Below are positions 20,166 to 29,904 of a DNA stretch of 64,000 bases, piece by piece; the stretch's first letter is position 1, and each line of letters starts with the position of its first letter. The DNA comes from an uncultured Collinsella sp. GTDB lineage: Bacteria > Actinomycetota > Coriobacteriia > Coriobacteriales > Coriobacteriaceae. The stretch is from positions 20,031 through 84,030 of the forward strand of contig CAUGJE010000009.1 in assembly GCA_959599915.1 (NCBI GenBank). Direction: 5' to 3'. The notes under the pieces were generated by a model, which was not told the origin of the DNA, made no database searches, and was given only the letters and a program-made list of their open reading frames with translations. The position numbers and the translations under genes were made by a program.

Positions 20166-20765
20166 ATGGACATCACCAGGAACATGAACGGAGCCAGAGC
20201 GCTCGTCGTGGGCGCAGGGCTCGCGCTCGCGCTCGCAATGGGCGCCGCCCCGACGCCAGCTATGGCAGCCGGGCGCGTTGGAACCACGAAGGTAATGGTC
20301 AGGACCGAGATCGACAACGTTGAGTTCAAAGTTCCGACGGTTATCCCCTTCGTCGCCAAGGCCGACGGCACGCTTCAGGGCCCCTCAGAAGACGCGACCA
20401 CCATCGACAATCACTCGGCCTACGGCATCCACGTCACCAACATGAAGATCGACGCCATGAACACCTGGACCATTGCCGCCGACGCCAAGGCCGGCACCGC
20501 GCAGAACTCCATCGACTTTAAGGTCGGCCCCGACGGCGCACTCCAGAACGCCAGCGCCGCAATGCAGGGGACGGGCCTCGATCTTTCCAAGAATGCAGCC
20601 TTCGACATGGGCTACCAGGGCATTGCCGGTGGCACGGACAAAATTAAGCTCAAGACAAGCGGAAACGTCGCCCGCGTCACGCGCGACATCTTCCGCGTAA
20701 CCGGCGAAGGCGATCAGGTTGCGACGATCACCTGGACGGTCGAGCCCGGTGCGCACACGGCATAA
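20166..20765 (+). CDS. Secreted WxL-like / pilin-like surface protein
   Basis: SD GAAAGGA; signal peptide ending AMA; NTWTI and C-terminal ATITWTV motifs. Confidence 0.7.
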   Translation: MDITRNMNGARALVVGAGLALALAMGAAPTPAMAAGRVGTTKVMVRTEIDNVEFKVPTVIPFVAKADGTLQGPSEDATTIDNHSAYGIHVTNMKIDAMNTWTIAADAKAGTAQNSIDFKVGPDGALQNASAAMQGTGLDLSKNAAFDMGYQGIAGGTDKIKLKTSGNVARVTRDIFRVTGEGDQVATITWTVEPGAHTA

Positions 20766-21030
20766 GGCCGTCGCCCTGGCCGCCGCCGTCGGCATCCTAG
20801 CGTTTGGGCCAGCCATGGCCTTTGCCCAGCAAGAACAGGCGCAGGCCGCCACGCAAGTGACGGTCGACCTCTCGGAGCTCGACCGCGGCGACCGCGAGGA
20901 ACCGTTGGCGCAGACAGGCGACAGACGATGGCTCTTGGCAGCAGGCGCCACAGCAGCAGGCGCAGGAACCGCCGGCCTCGGTCTGCACATCAAACGCAGC
21001 CAGAAACAAAACATGGACAGGCCGCACTAA
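20749..21030 (+). CDS. Small sortase-anchored protein (LAQTG sorting signal)
   Basis: Signal peptide ending AFA, LAQTGD, hydrophobic stretch, basic tail HIKRSQK; GTG start inferred. Confidence 0.65.
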   Translation: MRTRHKAVALAAAVGILAFGPAMAFAQQEQAQAATQVTVDLSELDRGDREEPLAQTGDRRWLLAAGATAAGAGTAGLGLHIKRSQKQNMDRPH

Positions 21031-21048
21031 ATTAGCTAAGGAGACCCC

Positions 21049-22479
21049 ATGGCATCGAAGAACCTTTTGCCCGTCGTCGCACTTTGCGGCGCGCTCGCAA
21101 CCGGAACGCCTGTCGCCGCTTGGGCGACTCCCGTCATGGCAGACTCCTTACCAGCAGCCCTAAGTTCCGCCCCAAATCCGTCGAGCACCATTGCGTACGA
21201 GCGTTTTTCGATCGCACAGGCCGCGATCTCAACCTCGGGATGCCTTCGTCGTAATACGGACGGCTCGATAGTCGTGGATATCAAGCGTTCGAACAAGGCA
21301 AACGGCTCCCAGGCGGGGTGCGCCGTCTGCACGTGGCGCTCGGTTGTGCTCGATGCGGATGGCGATCCATGCAATTTAGAGATGCGCATCGACATCGCTT
21401 CGGTCGATGACTCGGCGAACGGAGCGAAGGTCGCCTTCGACGGTACGTTTTTTGAGAAAGGAGGCGGTATATGTCTGGGCTGCGCCGCCGCGAATGCAGA
21501 CGATGCGCAGCCCACCCTCTCATTCACGGCATCGTTGCGGCTGACCAAAGCCGACACCGATGCCATCGCGGCGGGAGAAGCGTCCCTGCTGTTCTACGCC
21601 GTCAGCGCCAAAGACACAGACGCTCATTTCGAGAAGCCAGCCGGATCACTCAGCCTTACACGAGGGATAGAGGCAGGCCCTATTGAAATCGATGCCCACG
21701 CGCAAAGCAGGCAACGCATTCTTGCCGACCCGGCGCTTCTCGAAATGGAGTGGAACGGATCCGGAGCCATCGGAATTCTTCCCTCCGCGCTTGACGCCAA
21801 GACGCTCCCCTCAAACGACGAACCCATCAACGCAACCATACAAGAAGAGAGCGCGGACAACGAAGCAGGTACGGGCGACACGCCGTCGCCGACAAACAGC
21901 ATCCCAGCTTCTCTCGAAGCACCGAATGAGCCCGCTACCGATCCAAACGATCCCGAGCTCGCAGACAGTCTGGGGCTTGCTGATCCTCAAGAGATCGATG
22001 AAGGTAACTGCTGCGCGCTTGCCGCGCTCGACCACACAGAGGTCATCGACGCTGCGAACATCGAAGTTGCCGCCGCCAATCAGCCCGTCCGCAAGTCGGC
22101 CATCATCGCATTTCCTGAATCCATCGAAGTCGTCTTTTTGCCATCGGGCGAGGTCGTGGCCCCAACACTGCTCACTTTGTTGGGCGCCAAGAATACTCGA
22201 AACGAAATTAAAAAGGTCACGGTTGTCGACCCTGCAACCACCGCCAAGCTGCGTCTATACGCCGTTGCTCCAGACGGAGGCAAGACCTTGGAATTCGATG
22301 GCGACACACTCCTAGCCTGGCGACGTCTGGACATTATGCAAGACGTCTCGTATCAGATCGAACTCGAAGGGTTTGATCGCGCCCGCGATGCCAATATCAT
22401 CGCCGCGGCCATTGAATCCCCACAGCGGCTTATGACACTGCGCTTTGACTACTATCCCTATGTCCCGACAACCACCTGA
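21049..22479 (+). CDS. Secreted multidomain hypothetical protein
   Basis: SD AAGGAG; signal peptide; Pro/Asp/Glu-rich linker separates two domains. Confidence 0.7.
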   Translation: MASKNLLPVVALCGALATGTPVAAWATPVMADSLPAALSSAPNPSSTIAYERFSIAQAAISTSGCLRRNTDGSIVVDIKRSNKANGSQAGCAVCTWRSVVLDADGDPCNLEMRIDIASVDDSANGAKVAFDGTFFEKGGGICLGCAAANADDAQPTLSFTASLRLTKADTDAIAAGEASLLFYAVSAKDTDAHFEKPAGSLSLTRGIEAGPIEIDAHAQSRQRILADPALLEMEWNGSGAIGILPSALDAKTLPSNDEPINATIQEESADNEAGTGDTPSPTNSIPASLEAPNEPATDPNDPELADSLGLADPQEIDEGNCCALAALDHTEVIDAANIEVAAANQPVRKSAIIAFPESIEVVFLPSGEVVAPTLLTLLGAKNTRNEIKKVTVVDPATTAKLRLYAVAPDGGKTLEFDGDTLLAWRRLDIMQDVSYQIELEGFDRARDANIIAAAIESPQRLMTLRFDYYPYVPTTT

Positions 22480-22597
22480 GGCTTAAATGCTGCGCATCAT
22501 TCCTAATACCACTTATATAACGTATTAGATGAGTCGCGATGTACCTCGCATTCCATTCTGCTACGATTGCCACGTTGGCATCAATACAGGAGGGCTC

Positions 22598-23314
22598 ATG
22601 CCGGGCTTGGGAACAATCATCAACGTTGTGCTTTTAGTTGCGGGCGGTCTTTTGGGATTAGCGGGCGGCCGCTTCATTACACCGCGCATCCAAGACACGC
22701 TCATGAAAGCGTCGGGGCTGTGCGTCCTGTTTATCGGCCTGGGCGGCACCATGCAAAAGATGCTCCTTATCGATGGGAAGGCGCTGGCGACCACCGGCAC
22801 CACCATGCTCATTGCCTCGTTCGCCCTCGGTTCGCTCATCGGCGAGGCCATCAATCTGGAGGCCGCCATCGAGAACCTCGGCGAATGGCTCAAGCGCAAA
22901 ACCGGCAGCGAAGGCGACAACGAGTTCACCAACGCCTTTGTCTCGGCATCGCTCACCGTGTGTATCGGCGCCATGGCCATTGTGGGATCGATCCAGGACG
23001 GCCTGCTCGGCGACTGGTCAACGCTTGCCCTGAAGGGCGCGCTGGACTGCATCATCGTCTGCACCATGACGGCCTCGCTTGGCCGCGGCTGCATCTTCTC
23101 GGCCCTGCCCGTTGCCGTATTCCAGGGCACGATCACGCTGTTTGCCGGCGCACTCTCCCCCATCATGACCACAGCAGCCCTCAACAGCCTTTCGCTCGTA
23201 GGCTCCATGCTCATCTTCTGCGTCGGCGTCAACCTCATCCGTCCTCAGACCTTCCGCACGGCCAATATGCTTCCCTCCGTCGTCATCGCCGTCATATACG
23301 CCCTCCTGTTCTAA
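22598..23314 (+). CDS. DUF554/YdfK family membrane protein
   Basis: GLGTIIN, FVSASLTVCIGAMAIVGSIQDGL, KGALD, NMLP motifs. Confidence 0.88.
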   Translation: MPGLGTIINVVLLVAGGLLGLAGGRFITPRIQDTLMKASGLCVLFIGLGGTMQKMLLIDGKALATTGTTMLIASFALGSLIGEAINLEAAIENLGEWLKRKTGSEGDNEFTNAFVSASLTVCIGAMAIVGSIQDGLLGDWSTLALKGALDCIIVCTMTASLGRGCIFSALPVAVFQGTITLFAGALSPIMTTAALNSLSLVGSMLIFCVGVNLIRPQTFRTANMLPSVVIAVIYALLF

Positions 23315-23335
23315 ATCTAGCAACGCAGCGGTATC

Positions 23336-23365
23336 TCGAACATCTGTTTGATGCTGTGCTATGAT
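23336..23365 (+). promoter_or_regulatory. LexA (SOS)-like box overlapping an extended -10 promoter of the TerB_N operon
   Basis: TCGAAC-ATCT-GTTTGA (23336-23351), one mismatch to TCGAAC-N4-GTTCGA; TGcTATGAT at 23357-23365. Confidence 0.7.
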
Positions 23366-23401
23366 ATGAGGTCACCGTAGCTGCGTTCGAGAGGAGGAGC
23401 G

Positions 23402-25141
23402 GTGGCCGACCAGGACATCAAGATGCTCATCGAGCGCATTATGGCCGAGGCCCGGACCCATCAGTCCGCCCGCTTCTCAAACGAAACCTACGCAGACGAG
23501 CCGATTCTCAAAACCGGCCGACAGATGCAGAATTTCCTCCCCGACCAGTACCGTAAAATGCGCGAGATATCGCGCTGGCAGGATGACCCCAAGGGCGGTG
23601 CGGGCCGCTGGCTTTCGGAAGCCGAGCTTTTTTACCGCCAGGGCCTGCTGATGGCCGACTTTGAGGACGACTGTCCCTACAACGGCACCTTTAAGTCGTA
23701 CTTTCCCACCTACAACGCCATGAGCGACCGGCAACTGCGCGGCTACTTTACCTGGCGTGCCCAAGTGCGCCGCGGAACCGTCGAGGAAACGTCTACGTCC
23801 TTTGCCTTTCTGTATCTCTATGAGCTGATCTGCGGCATTGGCGTAGATAATCCACTCGATGGTTTTAACAAGATCAAGGCTTTTTGGGATGTCTATCGCG
23901 CCTTCGAGCCCGGCATCGACCGGTTTGCGCGCGTGTGGCTGCAAGATTACGCCGTGTTCCACGGGCTCGACCCCAAGCTGCTTCGCGACTCTAAAACCGT
24001 CATGTTCGATAACGCCCTTATCGAACTGCGGCGCGCGGCACGAGACCTTGTACCGGCACCGTCCGGCCAGACCCCTAAGCGTCGCAAAACCTCCGAGCCC
24101 ACGCTCCCCCTTCCGCCCGATGAGGTGCGCGAGGAGCGACTCATGGCCGCCATCAACGCCCTCTCCACGTACAACCTAAGTAGCTCGCGGCTCGACCGCA
24201 GCCACCACCGTGATCTGCGCCACGTGGCGTGCGCCGTGTATGTCCGCATGGCGCGCTACTATGACACGCACCGAAAGACCGGCATCGTGGCAAGTTTATT
24301 TGGGGAGGAGACGGCCATGCCCTACACCATGTTTGCCTCGGCCGTATTCTTTGCGCCCGAGCGCCACGAGGACTGCGAATACCGTCTGGACCCCATCCAT
24401 ATCTACCGTTGCCAAAACGGTTTTTGGGAATGCATGCGGATTCACGGTAGCAGGCAAAAGAGCAGCAAGCTCGGTGAAATGATGCGCGCCTGCGACCAAC
24501 GCCTGCGCCTGGCGCTGGACCCCGCCCATCCCCTTAAGGAAGAAAAGGTCCCCAAATATCTGGCCAAGATTATCGATGACGAGATTGTGGCATGGCTTTC
24601 GTGGGACGCCGCACACCAGCCCGTCAAGATCGATATCGATTTGAGCCAGCTGGGGCACATTCGGAGCGCTGCCGCACAAACGCGCGAAGCGCTTTTGATC
24701 GACGAGGAACGCGAGGACGGCACGCTTGCGGATGCCGAGGTGACAGTTGCCGAACGACGGGAAGCCAAGCCCGTGGCCGGCACGATCGCCGAACCAGTCG
24801 CGACGACCATGCAGCAGGACGAGGCTAGCGAGCCGACCATCTCCACCGAGCAGTTTGGCGTCGTGGCCCCGCTCCTCGCACCAGCACCCACGTCCGCTGA
24901 CACCGCGTCCGCACTCGATCCCGCCGCAGACGCCTATCTTCGAGCACTACTCGAGCAAAACGCAGCGCAGACGGCATCGGCGGTGGCGCAGTCGGGCAAG
25001 AGTGAGGACATGCTTGTCGATACCATCAACGAGGCGCTCTTTGACCTGGTGGGAGACACCGTTATCGAATTCGGCGCGGCAGGGCCGCAGATTATCGAGG
25101 ACTACGAAGCAGACGTGAGAGGATACCTAGACCATGAGTGA
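23402..25141 (+). CDS. TerB_N / TerB_C domain protein
   Basis: YFPTYNAMS..QLRGYFTWR, FAFLYLYELI, C-terminal DTINEALFDLVGDTVIE; SD GGAGGAG. Confidence 0.8.
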   Translation: MADQDIKMLIERIMAEARTHQSARFSNETYADEPILKTGRQMQNFLPDQYRKMREISRWQDDPKGGAGRWLSEAELFYRQGLLMADFEDDCPYNGTFKSYFPTYNAMSDRQLRGYFTWRAQVRRGTVEETSTSFAFLYLYELICGIGVDNPLDGFNKIKAFWDVYRAFEPGIDRFARVWLQDYAVFHGLDPKLLRDSKTVMFDNALIELRRAARDLVPAPSGQTPKRRKTSEPTLPLPPDEVREERLMAAINALSTYNLSSSRLDRSHHRDLRHVACAVYVRMARYYDTHRKTGIVASLFGEETAMPYTMFASAVFFAPERHEDCEYRLDPIHIYRCQNGFWECMRIHGSRQKSSKLGEMMRACDQRLRLALDPAHPLKEEKVPKYLAKIIDDEIVAWLSWDAAHQPVKIDIDLSQLGHIRSAAAQTREALLIDEEREDGTLADAEVTVAERREAKPVAGTIAEPVATTMQQDEASEPTISTEQFGVVAPLLAPAPTSADTASALDPAADAYLRALLEQNAAQTASAVAQSGKSEDMLVDTINEALFDLVGDTVIEFGAAGPQIIEDYEADVRGYLDHE

Positions 25142-26438
25142 TACCGCATCCGCAGCACCCCGCGTGCCCAAGCGCGTCGCTGCCGTCATTCTCAACTCGC
25201 TCAAGGGCGGCGTGGTCCCGCGCATCGGCCTTCCTTACATCACCGTAGGGCGCGAGGTCGAGATCCGCGCCCTGCTCACCGATTTAAGTCTCATCGCCGA
25301 TGGCGGCGCGAGCTTCCGCTTTTTAGTCGGTCGCTACGGCGCCGGTAAGAGCTTTTTGCTCCAGACCATCCGCACGCACGCCATGGGCGAGGGATTCGTC
25401 GTCGCCGATGCCGACTTGTCGCCCGAGCGACGCCTGCAGGGCGGTCAGGGGCAGGGCCTTGCCACCTACCGCGAGCTCATCCGCAATATATCGACCAAGA
25501 CGCGCCCCGAGGGCGGTGCGCTCAACCTTATTCTGGATCGCTGGGTCGCCTCGTGTGCCAACGTCGACGAGTCGGTCGTCAATGCCCAACTGACCCCGCT
25601 CGAGGAGATGGTCCACGGCTTCGACTTCACCCGCATGCTTCGCCGCTATCGCACGGCCGTATCCGAGGGCGACGAAGAGGCCATGAGCCGCGTGACCAAA
25701 TGGATCCGCGGCGAATACCGCACCAAGAGCGAGGCTCGCGCCGAACTGGGGTCCTCAACCATCATCAGCGACGATGACTGGTACGACTACGTCAAACTCA
25801 TCGCGCGTTTTTTGGTTTGCAGCGGCTACAAGGGCATGCTGGTGCTCATCGACGAGCTCGTGAATCTGTATAAGATTCCCAACGCCATCACGCGCCAGTA
25901 CAACTACGAGAAGATCCTGACCATGTACAACGACACACTTCAGGGCAAGGCGCAGTACCTGGGCATGATCATGGGTGGCACGCCGACCTCCATCGAGGAC
26001 CGCCGCCGCGGTGTGTTTTCCTACGAGGCCCTACGCAGCCGACTCGCCCAGGGCCGCTTTGCGCGCGAGGACCTTAAGGACATGCTTGCGCCCATCATCC
26101 GCCTGCAACCACTCACCTACGAGGAGTTGCTGGTGCTGATCGAAAAACTCATGCAAATTCACGCCGGCTACTTTGGCTGGACGCCCACGCTGACCGAAAA
26201 CGACTTGGTTGACTTCCTCAAGATTGAGTTCGGTCGTGTGGGAGCCGACACGCACCTGACGCCGCGCGAGGTCATTCGTGACTTTATCGAGTTGCTCGAC
26301 ATCCTATGCCAAAACCCCGACGCCAACGTGGCCGAGCTGCTGCAAAGCGTCGGCGGCGACGCGCTGGCGCCGGCAGCCGCAACAGGCGACACCGGCACCG
26401 CAGGCGGCGACCGCAACTTCGCCGAGTTCACCATCTAA
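25134..26438 (+). CDS. DUF2791 / BrxD-like P-loop ATPase
   Basis: LKGGVVPRIGL, Walker A GRYGAGKS, Walker B VLIDE, YEALRSRL, TPREVIRDF. Confidence 0.88.
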   Translation: MSDTASAAPRVPKRVAAVILNSLKGGVVPRIGLPYITVGREVEIRALLTDLSLIADGGASFRFLVGRYGAGKSFLLQTIRTHAMGEGFVVADADLSPERRLQGGQGQGLATYRELIRNISTKTRPEGGALNLILDRWVASCANVDESVVNAQLTPLEEMVHGFDFTRMLRRYRTAVSEGDEEAMSRVTKWIRGEYRTKSEARAELGSSTIISDDDWYDYVKLIARFLVCSGYKGMLVLIDELVNLYKIPNAITRQYNYEKILTMYNDTLQGKAQYLGMIMGGTPTSIEDRRRGVFSYEALRSRLAQGRFAREDLKDMLAPIIRLQPLTYEELLVLIEKLMQIHAGYFGWTPTLTENDLVDFLKIEFGRVGADTHLTPREVIRDFIELLDILCQNPDANVAELLQSVGGDALAPAAATGDTGTAGGDRNFAEFTI

Positions 26439-26554
26439 CCTACCAAAAAGGGACAGGTTTATTTTGGCAGGTTTTATCTGGGCAAACGTTGAAGCAGTAA
26501 TGCAGCAAGCCGTTGCCAGCCGCGTTGAGAAATTCGTTGTTGAAAGGAGGCCCC

Positions 26555-28999
26555 GTGAACGCCTTTGACCGCTACGCCCCGTTTATCCAAGGCTTCATCT
26601 ACTCCCACGATTGGGAGAGCTTGCGCTCTATCCAGGTTGCGGCGGCAGATGCCATCTTCAACACACAGGACAATGTGCTCCTGACGGCGTCAACGGCTTC
26701 CGGCAAAACCGAGGCAGCCTTCTTTCCCATCCTGACCGAGTTTTGGGAGAACCCGCCCGCAAGCGTGGGCGCCCTCTACATTGGCCCCCTCAAGGCGCTC
26801 ATCAACGACCAATTCGTCCGCCTCAACGACCTGTGCGAAGAAGCCGATATCCCCGTCTGGCACTGGCATGGCGATGTCTCACAATCACACAAGGCCAAAC
26901 TCATCAAAAAGCCGAGCGGTATCCTACAGATTACGCCCGAATCGCTCGAGGCGCTCCTGATCCATAAGCACATGGCAATCCCGCGCATGTTTTGCGACCT
27001 GCGCTATGTGGTTATCGACGAGGTTCATTCGCTCATGCGCGGCGACCGCGGCGGTCAGACGCTCTGTCTTATCGAGCGACTCTCGCGCATGGCCGGCGTG
27101 CAGCCTCGCCGCATTGGCCTTTCTGCCACCATCGGCAACCCCGAGCGCACGGGCGCCTTTCTCTCACAGGGAACGGGACGCGGTTGCATCATCCCCCGCT
27201 TTGAGGAACCGCGCCGCGTGTGGCGCATCTCCATGGAGCACTTCTACAACTCGGGCCCCCAGGCTCAGCAGCGAGGATTCGTAGGCACAGGTCCACAAGA
27301 AGCCGAGGTGCTTGCTTGCGAGCGTATTGAGACGGCGGCGCCCGCGGCGCTGCCCGCATCCGGACAAGACATGTGCCACAGCGGACAGCTTACACAGGAA
27401 GAACACCGTCAACGTCGTGAGCAGGCGCGGGGCAAGGCCGCTCCCAAAGACCGTCGCACTTCCTCGGCCCCCGAGGGCGAAGTCGACATCCCACGTGCGA
27501 CCGAGCAGGCGCTTCTCAACCCCACCGACACGGCGCCCGACAACGCCGACCCCGGCATGGGTTATATCTTTGAGCATACGCGCGGCCGCAAATGCCTGGT
27601 CTTTGCCAACTCGCGCGAGGAGGCAGAGGCCGTGTGCTCCATGCTGCGCAGCTACTGCGAGAGCCGGCACGAGCCCGACCGTTTCCTCATCCACCATGGC
27701 AATCTTTCGGCATCGCTGCGCGAGACGGCCGAGGAACTCATGCGCGATGAGGAGCAGGCACAGACAACCGTCACCACCTCTACGCTGGAACTCGGCATCG
27801 ATATCGGCCGTCTGGAGCGCGCGTTCCAGATCGATGCGCCGTTTACCGTCAGCTCCTTTTTGCAGCGTATGGGCCGCACGGGACGCCGCGATCTTCCGCC
27901 CGAGATGTGGTTCGTCATGCGCGAGGAAGAACCCGAGCCGCGCACGATGATGCCCGAGACCATTCCCTGGAAGCTCCTCCAGGGCATCGCACTCGTACAA
28001 CTCTATCGCGAGGAAAAGTGGGTCGAGCCGCCCGAGCTCGATCGACTCCCCTACAGTCTGCTCTATCACCAGACTATGTCGACGCTTGCCAGCACCGGCG
28101 AACTCACGCCGGCAGAGCTTGCCCAGCGCGTGCTCACACTCAGCTATTTCCATCGCATCTCGGCCGATGACTATCGCGTGTTGCTGCGTCACCTCATTAC
28201 CATCGACCATATCCAAGTCACCGAGGGTGGCGGGCTCATCGTGGGTCTCGCGGGCGAGCGCATCATTAACAACTTTAAGTTCTACGCCGTATTCCAGGAA
28301 AACGAAGAGTTCACCGTTCGCAGCGAGTCGGCCGAGTTGGGCACGATCGTCAATCCGCCACCGCCCGGTGAGCGCATCGCCATCGCCGGACACTGCTGGA
28401 TTGTCGAGGAAGTGGACTGGAAGCGTCATACCGTCTTTGCCACGCAGGTCAAGGGCCGGGTGCCGGCCTACTTTGGCGACTGCCCCGGTGACATCAATAC
28501 ACACGTACTCGAGCGCATGCGCAAGGCGCTCAACGAGCACGCGACATATCCGTACCTTATGGGCAACGCGAGAGCCCGCTTGGCGCAGGCTCGTCATACG
28601 GCCGATATTTCGGGTGCGGGAACTAAGCCGCTCATCAACCTGGGCGGCGATACCTGGGCACTTTTCCCCTGGCTGGGCAGCTACGCCTTTTTGGCGCTCG
28701 AGCGCATGCTCAAAATTAAGTGTGCCGCGGAACTGGGCCTTCGCGGACTTGACCCGTCACGCCCGTACTTTATGCAGTTTAAGATGAAGGCCGACGAGGA
28801 GACGTTCTTTGAGGTGCTCGCCGCCGAGGCCGAGAAGGACTTCGATCCCATCGAGCTCGTCTATCCCGGCGAAGTGCCTTACTTTGATCGTTACGATGAG
28901 TTCGTTCCCGAAGAGCTCGTGCGTAAGGGCTTTGCCGAAGGCGTGCTCGACATCGAAGGCATGAAGCAGCGCGTTCTCGGCTGGTGCGACCACACATAA
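26555..28999 (+). CDS. Lhr-like (BrxHI-like) SF2 DEAD/DEAH helicase
   Basis: TASGKTEA, PLKALINDQ, DEVH, SAT, HHGNLS, TSTLELGIDIG, QRMGRTGRR; SD GAAAGGAGG then GTG. Confidence 0.9.
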   Translation: MNAFDRYAPFIQGFIYSHDWESLRSIQVAAADAIFNTQDNVLLTASTASGKTEAAFFPILTEFWENPPASVGALYIGPLKALINDQFVRLNDLCEEADIPVWHWHGDVSQSHKAKLIKKPSGILQITPESLEALLIHKHMAIPRMFCDLRYVVIDEVHSLMRGDRGGQTLCLIERLSRMAGVQPRRIGLSATIGNPERTGAFLSQGTGRGCIIPRFEEPRRVWRISMEHFYNSGPQAQQRGFVGTGPQEAEVLACERIETAAPAALPASGQDMCHSGQLTQEEHRQRREQARGKAAPKDRRTSSAPEGEVDIPRATEQALLNPTDTAPDNADPGMGYIFEHTRGRKCLVFANSREEAEAVCSMLRSYCESRHEPDRFLIHHGNLSASLRETAEELMRDEEQAQTTVTTSTLELGIDIGRLERAFQIDAPFTVSSFLQRMGRTGRRDLPPEMWFVMREEEPEPRTMMPETIPWKLLQGIALVQLYREEKWVEPPELDRLPYSLLYHQTMSTLASTGELTPAELAQRVLTLSYFHRISADDYRVLLRHLITIDHIQVTEGGGLIVGLAGERIINNFKFYAVFQENEEFTVRSESAELGTIVNPPPPGERIAIAGHCWIVEEVDWKRHTVFATQVKGRVPAYFGDCPGDINTHVLERMRKALNEHATYPYLMGNARARLAQARHTADISGAGTKPLINLGGDTWALFPWLGSYAFLALERMLKIKCAAELGLRGLDPSRPYFMQFKMKADEETFFEVLAAEAEKDFDPIELVYPGEVPYFDRYDEFVPEELVRKGFAEGVLDIEGMKQRVLGWCDHT

Positions 29000-29025
29000 A
29001 ACCAGTCTTTTTGGTACGGGGAGAC

Positions 29026-29904
29026 TTACTTGTCGTGAAGGACGGTGCCGAGGAAGTCGGCGTTAAAAGGCACGGCTTCGGCGAAGACATAGTCGCCGTC
29101 GCTGGCGATGAGCAGGTAGTTCTCCTCGCCGCCGAACTCTGTATCGCCACAGGGGACCACCCAGGCGTGGGCGAATATCTCGAGTGCCGTGGCAGCGCAG
29201 TCGCGCAGGAGCGTTACATCGCTCCCCTCGTTTGTGCTCACGATATTGGCAACGTAGATACCCCCGGGGTTCAGGCTGCCCCGCACTAAACGCAACGCCT
29301 CAACCGTCGCCAGCTCGCGTACGGGCTCGGCACCGCTAAAGCAATCGCTCACGACCACGTCGTAGCGACGATGGCCCACGCTCGTCACACCCAGATACGA
29401 GCGAGCCTCAGCGGTTATCACCCGCAGGCGATCGCCCGCCGCGCGCTCTAGCTCGTCTAGGTAGAACCAGCGGCGCGCCAGGCGCGTAATCTCTCCGTCA
29501 TACTCGATAACGTCCATGCGCAGGCCCTCGTGCGACATCAGCGCAAATTTGGGATAGGCAAACCCGCCGCCACCTAGCATAAGCATACGGCTGATACCGT
29601 GACCATAAACGTCACGCATCGCATCCTCGGCCTCAAACACGTCGTCAAACGCGCGATAATACGCAAAGACGGGCTCCGCCCAGCGCTCGCCGACGTAACT
29701 CGCGCTTTGGTAGACACCGCCCTGCACCAATACGCGGACTTCATCGCCGCCCTCATCGTGCACGCGTTTCACACGCGCCAACCCATTGCGGGTTCGCGCG
29801 ACCTGCAGGCAGGCAGCGCGAACAGCGACGGCAGCCGCGCCCAGCGCCGCGGCTCCCAGAGCAACGCCGGCAACAACGCCGGCAGAAACACTCGGCTTGT
29901 TCAT
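29026..29904 (-). CDS. Spermidine-synthase-like class I SAM-dependent transferase
   Basis: MLGGGGFAYP, VIEYD, YDVVVSDCF, LNPGGIYVANI. Confidence 0.8.
   Translation of the reverse strand: MNKPSVSAGVVAGVALGAAALGAAAVAVRAACLQVARTRNGLARVKRVHDEGGDEVRVLVQGGVYQSASYVGERWAEPVFAYYRAFDDVFEAEDAMRDVYGHGISRMLMLGGGGFAYPKFALMSHEGLRMDVIEYDGEITRLARRWFYLDELERAAGDRLRVITAEARSYLGVTSVGHRRYDVVVSDCFSGAEPVRELATVEALRLVRGSLNPGGIYVANIVSTNEGSDVTLLRDCAATALEIFAHAWVVPCGDTEFGGEENYLLIASDGDYVFAEAVPFNADFLGTVLHDK

Noticed and set aside
23402..28999. Complete BREX or tellurite-resistance locus
   Set aside because: No pglX/pglZ/brxC core or terZABCDE genes in the window
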